DNA of 48,952 nt. Source: an uncultured Bacilli bacterium (GTDB taxonomy: Bacteria; Bacillota_I; Bacilli_A; RF39; UBA660). Shown one piece after another: positions 1 to 10,009 of the stretch (positions within the stretch are counted from its first letter, which is position 1; every line of letters starts with the position of its first letter). The stretch covers positions 1 to 48,952 of the forward strand of contig CANQAS010000004.1 of NCBI GenBank assembly GCA_947589535.1, written 5' to 3'. Under the pieces are notes generated by a model. The model saw only the letters and a list, made by a program, of their open reading frames with translations, was not told the DNA's origin and ran no database searches. The position numbers and the translations under genes are program-made.

Positions 1-248
1 CCTCCTGCATTCAAGTGATTAGATATAACTATATCATTACTACTTGATATATTTGGTCTGATAGTATTTATACGATCAGTAGGATTAAGCGTTGTATCAT
101 CGGTTCTAGTAATAACCGTAGGTATACCTAAATCTTTAAACCTGTTATACATATAATTAGCCATCTTAAGAGTATATTCTTTTTCAATTATATCCCCACT
201 TGATGCTCCTGGATCTGATCCACCATGACCTGCATCTACTATAACCAT
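1..248 (-). CDS. N-acetylmuramoyl-L-alanine amidase (Amidase_3), 5' part; runs off the window edge
   Basis: Manual translation MVIVDAGHGGSDPGA...IEKEYTL...TRTDD...ISNHLNAGG has the DxGHGG, E and SxH zinc motifs; SD-like AAGGAAGTG upstream; not in the ORF track. Confidence 0.9.
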   Translation of the reverse strand, partial: MVIVDAGHGGSDPGASSGDIIEKEYTLKMANYMYNRFKDLGIPTVITRTDDTTLNPTDRINTIRPNISSSNDIVISNHLNAG

Positions 249-267
249 ATTATCACTTCCTTCATGG

Positions 268-297
268 TATTGTATGATTAACACCTAGATTGAGTGA
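268..297 (-). promoter_or_regulatory. Candidate sporulation sigma (sigK/sigE-type) promoter of the amidase
   Basis: Minus strand TCAC-N17-CATACAATA. Confidence 0.4.
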
Positions 298-597
298 TAA
301 AGATTTATATAATAAAAGAACTTAATAAAATTTCAAAATAAACATTGAAACTTTTAAAATAAAAAAGAGCATATACAAAATTGTTATTTAAGCTCTTTTA
401 AATTTTTTTCAATCATATATTAGTCTTATAAACCTAGTATAACCTTTTCTAGTAACTTTCATATTTTAATTAGAAATAAATTTTCAAAATTTCTTGTGCC
501 TGTACAAACTAGTATTAATTTATCATGGATATTTTTATATTTAAATTCTTCTGTTAATTTAGAACTACTAAACAAAGGTATTAATATATTAATTATT

Positions 598-1740
598 TTA
601 GTTAAACTTATCTAATTTTAATGTAGCTTTAGCTTCTTTACCATTTCTATAATAATTAACTTCTATTGTATCCCCTATTTTATGCCTATATAATTGATAT
701 TTAAATTCTGATACAGTAGTTACCTTTTCGCCATCTACTTTAGTTATAATATCCCCGTCTTTTAATCCTCCATTACTTGCAGGATATCCACTATTTACTT
801 TAACTAGTATAACACCATATTCAATATTAGAATCAACGTTTATACCATATCTATATAATGCATACTTATTAGTTAAATCAAGTAATTGAACACCAATTAT
901 TGGTCTTTGAATTTCCTTACCTTGTGCTAGTGTATCAACATAATTCATGGCATCTTCTATAGGTATAGCAAATCCCATTCCCTCTACTTGTGTATCAACT
1001 AATTTTAATGATGTTATACCGATTACATCACCTGCTAAATTAACTAGTGGTCCTCCACTATTACCAGGAGATATTGCAGCATCTGTTTGTAATACTTTTA
1101 CTATATATGATTCAGATATAAGTGATGATGCATTCGAAGAACTTGTTTCAATTAATCTATCTTTACCAGATAGTATCCCTTTAGTTACAGTACCTGCATA
1201 AGCAGAGCCCATTGGGGAACCTACGGTAAATACACTATTACCTACTTTAGTATTTTCACTCTTACCAATACTTACAACTTGTAAAACATCTTTAGCATTC
1301 ATTCTTAATACTGCTAAATCAGTATAAGAATCATAACCTAGTACTGTTAAAGTTACCGAATTATTATTAGATAAAATCCCTTGAACAGTTTTAGCACCTG
1401 ATACAACATGTGCATTAGTTAATACATATCCATATTTATCATCTTTTTCATACACAAAACCAGTACCAGAACTTACCGCACTACCATCTTCTGATAATAC
1501 TTCAATGCATAAAACTGCATCATAAACTTTTTCTATAGCATCTTCCATTGCCTCCTCAGTTACTTTAGTTTCGGAAAATGTTCTATCCTTAGTTATAACT
1601 GTAGGATTTTTCTTGCTATATAAATACGTAATACCAGCACCTACTAAAAACGCAATTATAATTACAATGATAAACTTTATTGGTCCAAAATTTCTTTTCT
1701 TTTTTTTCTTACTTCCTTCTATGTATTCTATTCTATCCAT
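598..1740 (-). CDS. htrA: HtrA/DegP serine protease with PDZ domain
   Basis: N-terminal TM helix, TNAHV, TDLAV, DAAISPGNSGGPL, C-terminal PDZ; SD GGAGG. Confidence 0.95.
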   Translation of the reverse strand: MDRIEYIEGSKKKKKRNFGPIKFIIVIIIAFLVGAGITYLYSKKNPTVITKDRTFSETKVTEEAMEDAIEKVYDAVLCIEVLSEDGSAVSSGTGFVYEKDDKYGYVLTNAHVVSGAKTVQGILSNNNSVTLTVLGYDSYTDLAVLRMNAKDVLQVVSIGKSENTKVGNSVFTVGSPMGSAYAGTVTKGILSGKDRLIETSSSNASSLISESYIVKVLQTDAAISPGNSGGPLVNLAGDVIGITSLKLVDTQVEGMGFAIPIEDAMNYVDTLAQGKEIQRPIIGVQLLDLTNKYALYRYGINVDSNIEYGVILVKVNSGYPASNGGLKDGDIITKVDGEKVTTVSEFKYQLYRHKIGDTIEVNYYRNGKEAKATLKLDKFN

Positions 1741-1749
1741 ATTAACCTC

Positions 1750-2682
1750 CTATTTAAGTCTAGCTATTTCAGCCCAGTTATTTGGAAATCCCATTCTATC
1801 TAATATTTTATTTTGTGGTATTGTATCAACCTTACCATCTAAAATACTTAAATCATAATTAACTTCATTAACAAAGTCTACAAAATCACTATCAGTAAGC
1901 ATGTATTTAAGCATTATAACAACCGCAAACATATCATTTTTACCATATATATACTCATCATTCATAGTTGGAATATTAAGTTCCCTATGATATTTAGTAT
2001 CAAGTATTTCCTTTTGGGTCTTATGTTCATATACTATGTCTTCATGAGCACATAAATTTCTATAATTAGATAAAATAGATATATAAACAGTTAATGTTTC
2101 AACATCTAAATTATAATACTCTGCAATAGCTAATTTATCTTCTGGTTTTAATATTGAATATAATTCATTAATCATTCCAAAAGTTAATAATTTAACTAAT
2201 ATCCATAAAGGAACATATCCATAATTACTTAAGTAGTGAAGTGTTGCACTATGTTGTCTTCCATTTAATTTAAGTTGCCGTTTTATTTTATTTAAAACGT
2301 CATTAACCTGTCTTATTTTCTTTGAGTCCTGCGAAAAATTTGATGGTTTTAAATAATCTTTTTCCTTTATACCATACTTTCTAGATAAATTGTATGCCAT
2401 TATAGACTTTAAATTGTTTTCAACAATAAGTAAATTTTTAAATAAAAGATTTCTAAAACTTCTATCGAATTGAAATACCGCGTATAACTCTTCAAAAGTA
2501 GTACCTTTTATAAATTCATCACTTTTATTGCCCTTTATAAATATATGTCTATATCCATTAATAAAAAAGTAATTTTCTCTTAACAAAAGTCCTTCTGCCT
2601 TATCTACATCATTAATTACCAACCCACGTTTTTTTAATATGCTAATTTGCTCAGATAAGGTTTTAAACTCCTTAGTTTTCAC
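1750..2682 (-). CDS. Abi family (Abi_2, AbiD/AbiF-like) HEPN protein
   Basis: N-terminal FKTLSEQISILKKRGL, GTTFEEL..FD..R, VPLW, LTFG and HEPN R-x4-H motif RNLCAH; GTG start. Confidence 0.85.
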   Translation of the reverse strand: MKTKEFKTLSEQISILKKRGLVINDVDKAEGLLLRENYFFINGYRHIFIKGNKSDEFIKGTTFEELYAVFQFDRSFRNLLFKNLLIVENNLKSIMAYNLSRKYGIKEKDYLKPSNFSQDSKKIRQVNDVLNKIKRQLKLNGRQHSATLHYLSNYGYVPLWILVKLLTFGMINELYSILKPEDKLAIAEYYNLDVETLTVYISILSNYRNLCAHEDIVYEHKTQKEILDTKYHRELNIPTMNDEYIYGKNDMFAVVIMLKYMLTDSDFVDFVNEVNYDLSILDGKVDTIPQNKILDRMGFPNNWAEIARLK

Positions 2683-2816
2683 CTAGCATCACCATATAAA
2701 ATTATAACACAAATTATTAAATATATATTAATTAAAGTTAAAAATTCTTATATTTATTGCAATATAAAAAAATCAATAAAAACTTGATTTTCTTATATTA
2801 CTTATTAATTCTATAA

Positions 2817-3206
2817 CTAATCTCTTTCTCTAAATGATTTTAATACTTCTCCAGTTTGTGCATTTATATAAAATTCATATTCATACTTATTATACTTAAA
2901 ATCAATTTCATAAACCGTTACTCCAAATTTATAGTCTAATTCGTTACTTAAATCATGAATATTATTTTGACTAATATTTAAACTTTTTAATGCGATTTCT
3001 AATGCCTCATTACTAGAAATATAATTATTTTTTGCTTCGTTTATGGTTGTATTTACACTACTAGTAACTGGATTATTAGGTATTTGAAGTTCTTCTTTAT
3101 CATCAAAATATTCTATTTTTAAATACATAAAAACAACAATAAATAACAATAAAATAACTATAACTGATAAAATAATTATTATTAAGTTTTTATTATCTTT
3201 TTTCAT
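2817..3206 (-). CDS. Membrane-anchored PepSY domain protein
   Basis: N-terminal TM; ISSNEALEIAL...VYEIDF...YEFYINAQTGEVL PepSY pattern. Confidence 0.85.
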   Translation of the reverse strand: MKKDNKNLIIIILSVIVILLLFIVVFMYLKIEYFDDKEELQIPNNPVTSSVNTTINEAKNNYISSNEALEIALKSLNISQNNIHDLSNELDYKFGVTVYEIDFKYNKYEYEFYINAQTGEVLKSFRERD

Positions 3207-3283
3207 AATTTACACCTTTCTTTAGAATGTTATTAATTCTATATTTACATTATACCATAAAAGAAAAAATTGTTAAATATTAT

Positions 3284-3311
3284 AAAAAAAGCCCAAACAT
3301 GAGCTTTTTTT
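3284..3311 (-). terminator. Intrinsic terminator of rplM-rpsI
   Basis: A-tract/hairpin/T-tract AAAAAAAGCCCAAACATGAGCTTTTTTT. Confidence 0.7.
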
Positions 3312-3332
3312 AAACATTGAAGTAAATAAATT

Positions 3333-3746
3333 TTAACGTTTTGAAAATTGTGGAGCACGACGAGCTTTCTTAAGACCGTATTTCTTACGTTCTTTAACCC
3401 TTGCATCACGAGTTATAAATCCTTCTTGTTTTAATATCTTCCTAAATGAAGTTTCAGAAGATGGATCAGTATTTATATCATATTGTAATAATGCTCTTGT
3501 AATACCTAAACGAATTGCTCCAGTTTGACCGGAGAATCCACCACCTTTTACATCTACATCAATATCAAATTTATTAGCGGTTTTAGTAGCTTCTAATGGT
3601 TGTTTTAAATCCATAACTAAAGTTTTAAAAGGAAGGTATTCATTAACGTCTCTACCATTGATAGTAATTTTACCTTTTCCCGAAGTCATTCTTACTCTAG
3701 CAATAGAGCTTTTACGACGACCTGTACCAATGAATGTCTTTGCCAT
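3333..3746 (-). CDS. rpsI: 30S ribosomal protein S9
   Basis: [39 protein letters not shown]. Confidence 0.99.
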   Translation of the reverse strand: MAKTFIGTGRRKSSIARVRMTSGKGKITINGRDVNEYLPFKTLVMDLKQPLEATKTANKFDIDVDVKGGGFSGQTGAIRLGITRALLQYDINTDPSSETSFRKILKQEGFITRDARVKERKKYGLKKARRAPQFSKR

Positions 3747-3759
3747 TTACATATCCTCC

Positions 3760-4188
3760 TTAAATTTCCACTTGTTCTGGCTTTTGAGCTTGTTGCTTGT
3801 GTTCAGGACCAGCATACACGAATAATTTCTTATACATTTGACGTCCTAATCTTCCTTTTGGAAGCATTCCTTTCACAGCTCTTTCAACCATTTCTACTGG
3901 ATAATTTTCACGCATTTCTTTAGCAGTTCTTTCTCTTAAACCGCCAGTATAACCACTGTGGTTATAATAAATTTTTTTGTCTAATTTGTTTCCTGTTAAT
4001 ACTACTTCTTTAGCGTTAATAATGATAATGTTATCTCCGCAATCAACGTGTGGAGTAAAAGTTGCTTTATGTTTTCCTCTTAACATAACAGCAGCCTTTG
4101 AAGCTACTCTACCAAGTGACTTTCCCTTAGCATCAATAACATACCATTTACGCTCAATGTTTGAGGCATTAGCCATAAATGTTGTCAT
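3760..4188 (-). CDS. rplM: 50S ribosomal protein L13
   Basis: [34 protein letters not shown]. Confidence 0.99.
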   Translation of the reverse strand: MTTFMANASNIERKWYVIDAKGKSLGRVASKAAVMLRGKHKATFTPHVDCGDNIIIINAKEVVLTGNKLDKKIYYNHSGYTGGLRERTAKEMRENYPVEMVERAVKGMLPKGRLGRQMYKKLFVYAGPEHKQQAQKPEQVEI

Positions 4189-4202
4189 ATTTTATTTCCT
4201 TT

Positions 4203-4245
4203 CCTTTATAAGTTTGTTTTCCCAGGACAAACTTACGTGGGTTTA
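4203..4245 (-). promoter_or_regulatory. Putative L13 leader RNA (rplM 5' UTR)
   Basis: CCCACG then 9-bp hairpin TAAGTTTGT-CCTGGGAAA-ACAAACTTA directly before the SD; position and layout resemble Firmicutes L13 leaders. Confidence 0.55.
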
Positions 4246-4263
4246 TAAAATGTACCAATTTAA

Positions 4264-4292
4264 ATTCTACTTTAAATCGGTACATTTGTCAA
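4264..4292 (-). promoter_or_regulatory. sigA promoter of rplM-rpsI
   Basis: TTGACA-N17-TAGAAT. Confidence 0.8.
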
Positions 4293-4309
4293 CTTATTTT
4301 ATTATATTT

Positions 4310-5659
4310 TTATTTTTTTTCAGTTATTCTTAAAGTTACTTTAGTTATCTTAGAAGAATATTTAATTCTTAGGTCAGAACCACTTACTTCTACAGGTATT
4401 TCATGTTCTCCTACACCTAAGCCTTTTAGATCAACATAGGCTTTAATCGTAGTTGGATCAAGTTCAGATAATACGTTTCGAACACCTTTTACACTTACAG
4501 TAACTTTTGTATTATTTTGATCTACTGCTTGAACGGTTAAACCATCACCTAGATTCTCATATTCTAGATATACATCATTAATTTCTTTGGTAGCTTCATC
4601 ACCAAGAGCAACACTTACATTAACAGTATTTTCACTTATTGCTCTTACACCAGTAGGCTTTTTAATAGTAATAGAATATTTTTTATCTTCTTTTAATTCA
4701 CTTACATCAACATAAACTGGTATGTAAGTAATTTTTTCTAACTTATCCGAACTACCATATATTGTAACCTTAGTAATATCTGTAATTATATTACTAATTG
4801 CCTTACCAAATACTATGTTTTTATAATTCTTAGGAATAACCCTTATAGGAACTTCTTTTTGAGGTGATGTAATCTTAACGGTTGCATTTATTTTTGATGG
4901 AACAACTTCAACATTAACTTTTTTTCCATCATTATCATACGCAACAAGTTTAACATCTTTAATTTCTTGTTCCCCAACAGCCGGATCAACTAAGTTCTTA
5001 AGATCTATTAAAGCCTTTACTGACGCAACCTCATTAAGCTTTGCTTCATTTCCTTTTACAAACACCTTATCAGTACTAAGTGTTACATCTTCTACCATTA
5101 ATTTAGAATCTATCTTATCTTTATTTATAACTTCATAATTAACTTCTTTTTCAACTGATACTTTTTCATAAATAACAATTGTTGCAACAGATGGATCTAA
5201 CTTATATTCAACAGAGCTTAAAGCTTTCTTATACTTAAGATTAACCTTATGAACACCAGGTTTTAAACCAGTTAAATCAACTGTTATATCATTAGTTGGT
5301 AGTTGCTTTGCTAAATAAACATCTGACTTTCTACCTATTAATGTTATATCAACCGTTTTAGGTAATCCTTCAACAACATAAGCTTCTTCATTATAAGTTG
5401 CTGTAATAGGTTGATCATAAAGCACTTCGGCAGAAGTTTCGATAAGTGACGTTGTTCTAGAATCAGCGATAAAGAACACACCAAGTGCTATAATTAGAGA
5501 AACAATAATTAATCCTGATTTTTTTGATAATATCTTTTCTATACTTCCACTATTACCTTTAAGTTTACTTGATATTGCAACAAAAAACCTAGTTATAGGA
5601 AGAATTATTTTTTTATCTATAAAATGACCAATGGCTTTCAATATTTTAATCATTTTCAT
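4310..5659 (-). CDS. cdaR: CdaR/YbbR regulator of diadenylate cyclase
   Basis: TM anchor plus YbbR repeats (VDLTGLKPGVH, YVDLKGLGVGEH); overlaps the cdaA 3' end; start moved to the ATG 6 nt after GAGG. Confidence 0.9.
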   Translation of the reverse strand: MKMIKILKAIGHFIDKKIILPITRFFVAISSKLKGNSGSIEKILSKKSGLIIVSLIIALGVFFIADSRTTSLIETSAEVLYDQPITATYNEEAYVVEGLPKTVDITLIGRKSDVYLAKQLPTNDITVDLTGLKPGVHKVNLKYKKALSSVEYKLDPSVATIVIYEKVSVEKEVNYEVINKDKIDSKLMVEDVTLSTDKVFVKGNEAKLNEVASVKALIDLKNLVDPAVGEQEIKDVKLVAYDNDGKKVNVEVVPSKINATVKITSPQKEVPIRVIPKNYKNIVFGKAISNIITDITKVTIYGSSDKLEKITYIPVYVDVSELKEDKKYSITIKKPTGVRAISENTVNVSVALGDEATKEINDVYLEYENLGDGLTVQAVDQNNTKVTVSVKGVRNVLSELDPTTIKAYVDLKGLGVGEHEIPVEVSGSDLRIKYSSKITKVTLRITEKK

Positions 5660-6470
5660 CACCATCCTCATTTTCTTCTATTTCATATTCAAACTCAGTA
5701 GCTTTCTTTGGTTTTAATTCATCTAATATCAACATCTTAGCTTCCTCAAGCGATAAATTATAATTTAAATCACCATTTATTGCTATTGAAATTCTACCAG
5801 TTTCTTCAGATACAATTATCGCAATAGCATCAGATTCTTCACTTATTCCTATTGCTGCCCTATGTCTTGTACCTAATCTTTTACTAAACTTCATTTCAAC
5901 GGTAGTTGGAAATACTGCTCCCGCGCTTGTAATCTTATCTCCTTGGATTATTACACCACCATCATGAAGTGGATTATCTGGGAAGAATATTGCAACTAAT
6001 AATTCATTTGATATCTCAGCATATAATTTCTTGGATCTATCAATATACTCCGCCAAAGAAGTATCTCTTTCAATTACTATTAGTGCACCAATACGATGTT
6101 TCTTTAAGTATTCAAGAGCAAGTCCTATTTCATAAACTATTCTTTCTCTTTCAGATATTGTTAAAACTTTGTGTCTACCAAGAAGTTGTGTTCTTCCTAA
6201 CTGTTCTAATACAGTTCTTATTTCTGGTTGAAATACTATAACTAGTGCTAAAGGTCCCCACATAACCACATACTCTAAAAGTAGACCTATCGCGGTTAAA
6301 TCAAATAAATCACTTAATACCTTTATTACCACTATTATTATTATTCCTTTAAAAAGCATTGTAAATTTAACGTTATTCTTAATACTTTTTAATATGAAAT
6401 ATAAACCAACCCATACAAGACATATATCAATTATATCTTTAATTATTGTAAGTATACTATCTACTGTCAT
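5646..6470 (-). CDS. cdaA: Diadenylate cyclase CdaA
   Basis: 3 TM helices, FQPEIR, GALIV, PLHDGG and GTRHRAA DAC motifs; GGAGG SD before ATG 6470. Confidence 0.95.
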   Translation of the reverse strand: MTVDSILTIIKDIIDICLVWVGLYFILKSIKNNVKFTMLFKGIIIIVVIKVLSDLFDLTAIGLLLEYVVMWGPLALVIVFQPEIRTVLEQLGRTQLLGRHKVLTISERERIVYEIGLALEYLKKHRIGALIVIERDTSLAEYIDRSKKLYAEISNELLVAIFFPDNPLHDGGVIIQGDKITSAGAVFPTTVEMKFSKRLGTRHRAAIGISEESDAIAIIVSEETGRISIAINGDLNYNLSLEEAKMLILDELKPKKATEFEYEIEENEDGDEND

Positions 6471-6587
6471 ACTACCTCCTAATATCCTTTTTATCAATAT
6501 TTTTTATTATATGAAAATTATAACATATTTAATCACCATTTTAAAATTTATTTTCAATTGAAAATAAAAAGCCTTGCAAGATAAGGC

Positions 6588-7109
6588 TTAAAATATGTTA
6601 TTTATATCATTTTCTGATGGATCTTGATTAATACTATCCTGCGGAAAATTCTCTGACTGAAAAGAATTATTTTCATTACCTAATGGTTCCTGCACCACAG
6701 TATCCATAGAATTATTAAAAACATCCTGATTCGTATTTGGCACTTCAACACTTTCTTGTGATACTGGATTTTCCACGGTATTTGTTTCAAATTTATATTG
6801 TAATGATTCTTCATTTATTGGATCATTTTGTCCTTCTGCACTCGTACTAGACTCTGCAGTAATTTCATCTTGAGATTCAGATGCATTACCTATTACATTT
6901 GACATCTCATTAGTATCTGATACCTTATTCTCATCTTTTTCATAAGCTTTAGAATCTAAATTATTTTTATTACTATCATTATTAAGTAAACTTCCAATTT
7001 TATTTTCTTTTTTTAAGTGTTTATCACCTAAAAATCCGATTATTAAACATACTACAAATACTGCTATTGCTATTAATAGCATAGGATTAGCATTAAAGTA
7101 TTCTAACAT
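6588..7109 (-). CDS. Hypothetical single-pass membrane protein with acidic Asn/Glu-rich tail
   Basis: 173 aa ORF, SD GAGGTG, one N-terminal TM, terminator-like hairpin 6565-6589. Confidence 0.8.
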   Translation of the reverse strand: MLEYFNANPMLLIAIAVFVVCLIIGFLGDKHLKKENKIGSLLNNDSNKNNLDSKAYEKDENKVSDTNEMSNVIGNASESQDEITAESSTSAEGQNDPINEESLQYKFETNTVENPVSQESVEVPNTNQDVFNNSMDTVVQEPLGNENNSFQSENFPQDSINQDPSENDINNIF

Positions 7110-7166
7110 ACAATCACCTCTTATTATTCCTTAATTATCTTAACAAAAAAAAATAAAAAAAACAAG

Positions 7167-7907
7167 TTAGTCTTGTTTTAATTCTAAGGTTATAACCGTT
7201 TTTAATTTTTCTAGCTCGCCTTTTTTATTATAAATCTCTCTTACTTTATAATTAATATTTTGATCAGTTACATCTCCATCAAATCTTTTTTCAAATGCTT
7301 CCCTAATTTCAGATTCAACAAGTTCGGTATCAAATATGTAAAAATAATCTTTTAAATTTTCTTTAATCAAAGTTTCTGAAAACATTTGTTTTCTAGAATA
7401 AACAGTCGCTACAACAGAAACTACTTCATCTTTATTATATTTTGTCCTTATTTCTAATTTATTTTCCTTATTATCATAATCATAGTATGTATTATATATA
7501 ACAAACACTTCATGTCCATCCATTGCTAAAGTCTCATACTTATCACAAACATATTCTTTGCAATAACCAGATACATTACTAGCCATTTTTGCATAAGAAC
7601 CACGAACTACTTTATTTATTGCTATCGTTCCTACCGTATTAAGAAGCAAGTAACAGAAAAACGTTATCATTATTATTATAAAAACTTTAGTATTATCATA
7701 CTTATCCGCATTCTTAATAAATTTAACATTATATATAATACCTAAAATTAACATTAAAATGTCTATTATTAAAAACGAGTTTATTATCACATTTGTATAT
7801 CCAAGCTTACCATAATAATTTCTAAAAAATATCATGGTAATTAAAACTACTATGTTTAAAACAAATAAAACGTTAGTATTTCTTCTTATTTCTAAATTTT
7901 TATTCAT
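7167..7907 (-). CDS. Hypothetical membrane protein (3 N-terminal TM)
   Basis: 246 aa ORF, SD GGAGG. Confidence 0.8.
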   Translation of the reverse strand: MNKNLEIRRNTNVLFVLNIVVLITMIFFRNYYGKLGYTNVIINSFLIIDILMLILGIIYNVKFIKNADKYDNTKVFIIIMITFFCYLLLNTVGTIAINKVVRGSYAKMASNVSGYCKEYVCDKYETLAMDGHEVFVIYNTYYDYDNKENKLEIRTKYNKDEVVSVVATVYSRKQMFSETLIKENLKDYFYIFDTELVESEIREAFEKRFDGDVTDQNINYKVREIYNKKGELEKLKTVITLELKQD

Positions 7908-8012
7908 ATTTTTCCTCCGTTAAGACCATTATACCACTATAAGCTATTTTTTTCTATTGAAGAAAAAAAATAATTATGATATTATAAATCTAGCAATAAG
8001 GAGAAGAATAAA

Positions 8013-8525
8013 ATGGGATTACTTTCATTATGTTTAAAGATATTTTTCGTAAGAATAGTAGAAGTATCTTTAGGAACATTAGTTACCGTTTTAACGGTAA
8101 AAAACAAAAGAATCATTGCAACAATATTAGGTTTTATTGATGTAATAATTTGGTTTTTGGTAGTAAGAGAAGCACTCATGACTAACATAAAAAGCATTTG
8201 GATTGCATTATGTTATGCAGGAGGATACGCTATTGGTACATTTTTAGGTACAACATTATCTAACAAATTAATTAATGGTAAAATGTCAATGCAAGTAATA
8301 CTTGATGATTTACCAAGAGAAAAAATAGATATCATAAGAAACGAAGGATATGCTGTCTCACAAATTGATTGTACTGGAAAAGATGACTCCAAAAAAATTA
8401 TGCTATTTATAGAATTAGATAATAAAAAACTTAATAACTTACAAACCATTATTAAAAAAATTGATAAAAATGCCTTTATGATTGTTAATGAAACTAAACA
8501 CGTAGTAAATGGGTTCTTTAAATAG
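8013..8525 (+). CDS. UPF0316/YebE-like (DUF2179/DUF5698) membrane protein
   Basis: IFFVRIVEVSLGT, GFIDVIIW, YAGGYAIGT and a C-terminal PII-like segment (GYAVSQ...IDKNAF). Confidence 0.85.
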   Translation: MGLLSLCLKIFFVRIVEVSLGTLVTVLTVKNKRIIATILGFIDVIIWFLVVREALMTNIKSIWIALCYAGGYAIGTFLGTTLSNKLINGKMSMQVILDDLPREKIDIIRNEGYAVSQIDCTGKDDSKKIMLFIELDNKKLNNLQTIIKKIDKNAFMIVNETKHVVNGFFK

Positions 8526-8534
8526 AACTTTTAT

Positions 8535-8608
8535 GCCGCTTTAGTTTAATGGTAAAACAAGTCACTCGTAATGATTAGCTGTAGGTCCGATTCCTACAAG
8601 CGGCACCA
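8535..8608 (+). tRNA. tRNA-Thr(CGT)
   Basis: Acceptor GCCGCTT/AAGCGGC, D-arm GTTT/AAAC, anticodon arm AGTCA-CT CGT AA-TGATT, T-arm GTAGG-TCCGATT-CCTAC, encoded CCA. Confidence 0.93.
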
Positions 8609-8650
8609 GATTGATACCAAACTCGGACTAGTACAGTTCGAGTTTTTAAA
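8602..8650 (+). repeat. Left copy of direct repeat: tRNA 3' end plus terminator hairpin
   Basis: GGCACCAGATTGATACCAAACTCGGACT-AGTAC-AGTTCGAGTTTTTAAA. Confidence 0.75.
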
Positions 8651-8812
8651 TGTTTGAAATTTTGATATAATATTTATAGTTTAAATTGATATTTGTCAAT
8701 TTAGAAAACACACTTGTATATTGACAACCAATATGTGTATGAAAATAATTATGTGCTTTAAATATGGTATATTAAAATAATAAGGAAATAATTAAAAATA
8801 AGGAGTAATATT

Positions 8813-9904
8813 ATGGAAAAAGATTTAACTATAATTATACCTACTTATAATGATACATTTGAAAAAATTACATGTACTTTAAATTCTATTGTTCAACAAA
8901 GTGATTATGATTTATCAAGATTAGAAGTTGTTATAGTGGATGATAGTTCTACATATAAATTAGTAGATTGGGATGAAGTAATCAAAATATATCCACAATT
9001 AAACATAAAATTTATTCAGCTTTCAGAAAATAAAGGTCCTGGAAATGCTAGACAAGTTGCGTTAGATAATTCAAATGGTAATTTTGTTTTCTTTCTGGAT
9101 TGTGGAGATTCTTTATATAACTCTACGGTATTATCTATATTTAATGGTAAAAAATTAACTAATAGTGATATTATTTCAACGAAAATTTTTGATGAAGAAA
9201 CTGGAAATAAAAGAAGAAGTTTTTTATTTAACAATGCATATATTTTTGGTATTTTTATTAAAAGACAATTTTTATTAATGAACAACATTAGATTTAGTGA
9301 GATTTTAAGGTGGGAAGAAGATAGTTTTTTTGAAGCAAAATTGAGATACTATTTACCAAGTGTAGAATCTGCTGGAATAATAGGTTACTCATATAATGTT
9401 GATTCAAATTCGATTACGAGAATAAATAATCATGAATATCAAAATGATTTTTTAGGTTTTAGTGCAATGGTAGTAAAAAGTATTTTATTATGTGATTTTT
9501 ATAAAAAAGAGAAAAACTACAAAAAAATGATTGATGAATCGATGGATATTTTATCAGCTTGCTATTCAAGATTTTATTCATACTTGTATAAAGAACAAAA
9601 TATAACAGAACGAATGTCAAAGATATTATATTTATTAAGATTATTAATTGAGCAATGCGGATTGAATCTTATCACAGATAACGAAGAATTTATTACATTA
9701 TTTATAAAAAATGTTTATAGAAAAAATTGTACAACACAAAATGATAAAGTTCCATATGATAAAATAAATGATTTTATGACTGTAATTGGTTCTTATGATA
9801 ATTTGTATGATGACTATAATATAGACGGTACTAATATAACAATCAACGAACTTATTGGTAAAATTAGTAGTAAAAAAAATAATAATGATAAAAATATTAA
9901 ATAA
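8813..9904 (+). CDS. Glycosyltransferase family 2 protein
   Basis: IIIPTYN, VVIVDDSS, GPGNARQ, FFLDCGD, WEED; SD AAGGAG. Confidence 0.9.
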   Translation: MEKDLTIIIPTYNDTFEKITCTLNSIVQQSDYDLSRLEVVIVDDSSTYKLVDWDEVIKIYPQLNIKFIQLSENKGPGNARQVALDNSNGNFVFFLDCGDSLYNSTVLSIFNGKKLTNSDIISTKIFDEETGNKRRSFLFNNAYIFGIFIKRQFLLMNNIRFSEILRWEEDSFFEAKLRYYLPSVESAGIIGYSYNVDSNSITRINNHEYQNDFLGFSAMVVKSILLCDFYKKEKNYKKMIDESMDILSACYSRFYSYLYKEQNITERMSKILYLLRLLIEQCGLNLITDNEEFITLFIKNVYRKNCTTQNDKVPYDKINDFMTVIGSYDNLYDDYNIDGTNITINELIGKISSKKNNNDKNIK

Positions 9905-10009
9905 ATATTATAAAATTATTTACAATTTAATATTGAAAAATAAAAAGTATGATTGTGATATATTACTATTATTTATTTTGCCAAAAATTTGTTGTACTCT
10001 TTCCTTTAG

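Noticed and set aside
427-611. Open minus-strand frame of about 50 codons to a TGA, then 10 more codons to TAA
   Set aside because: No SD or convincing start and no recognisable motif. It also shows that long open stretches can arise in these spacers by chance or decay.
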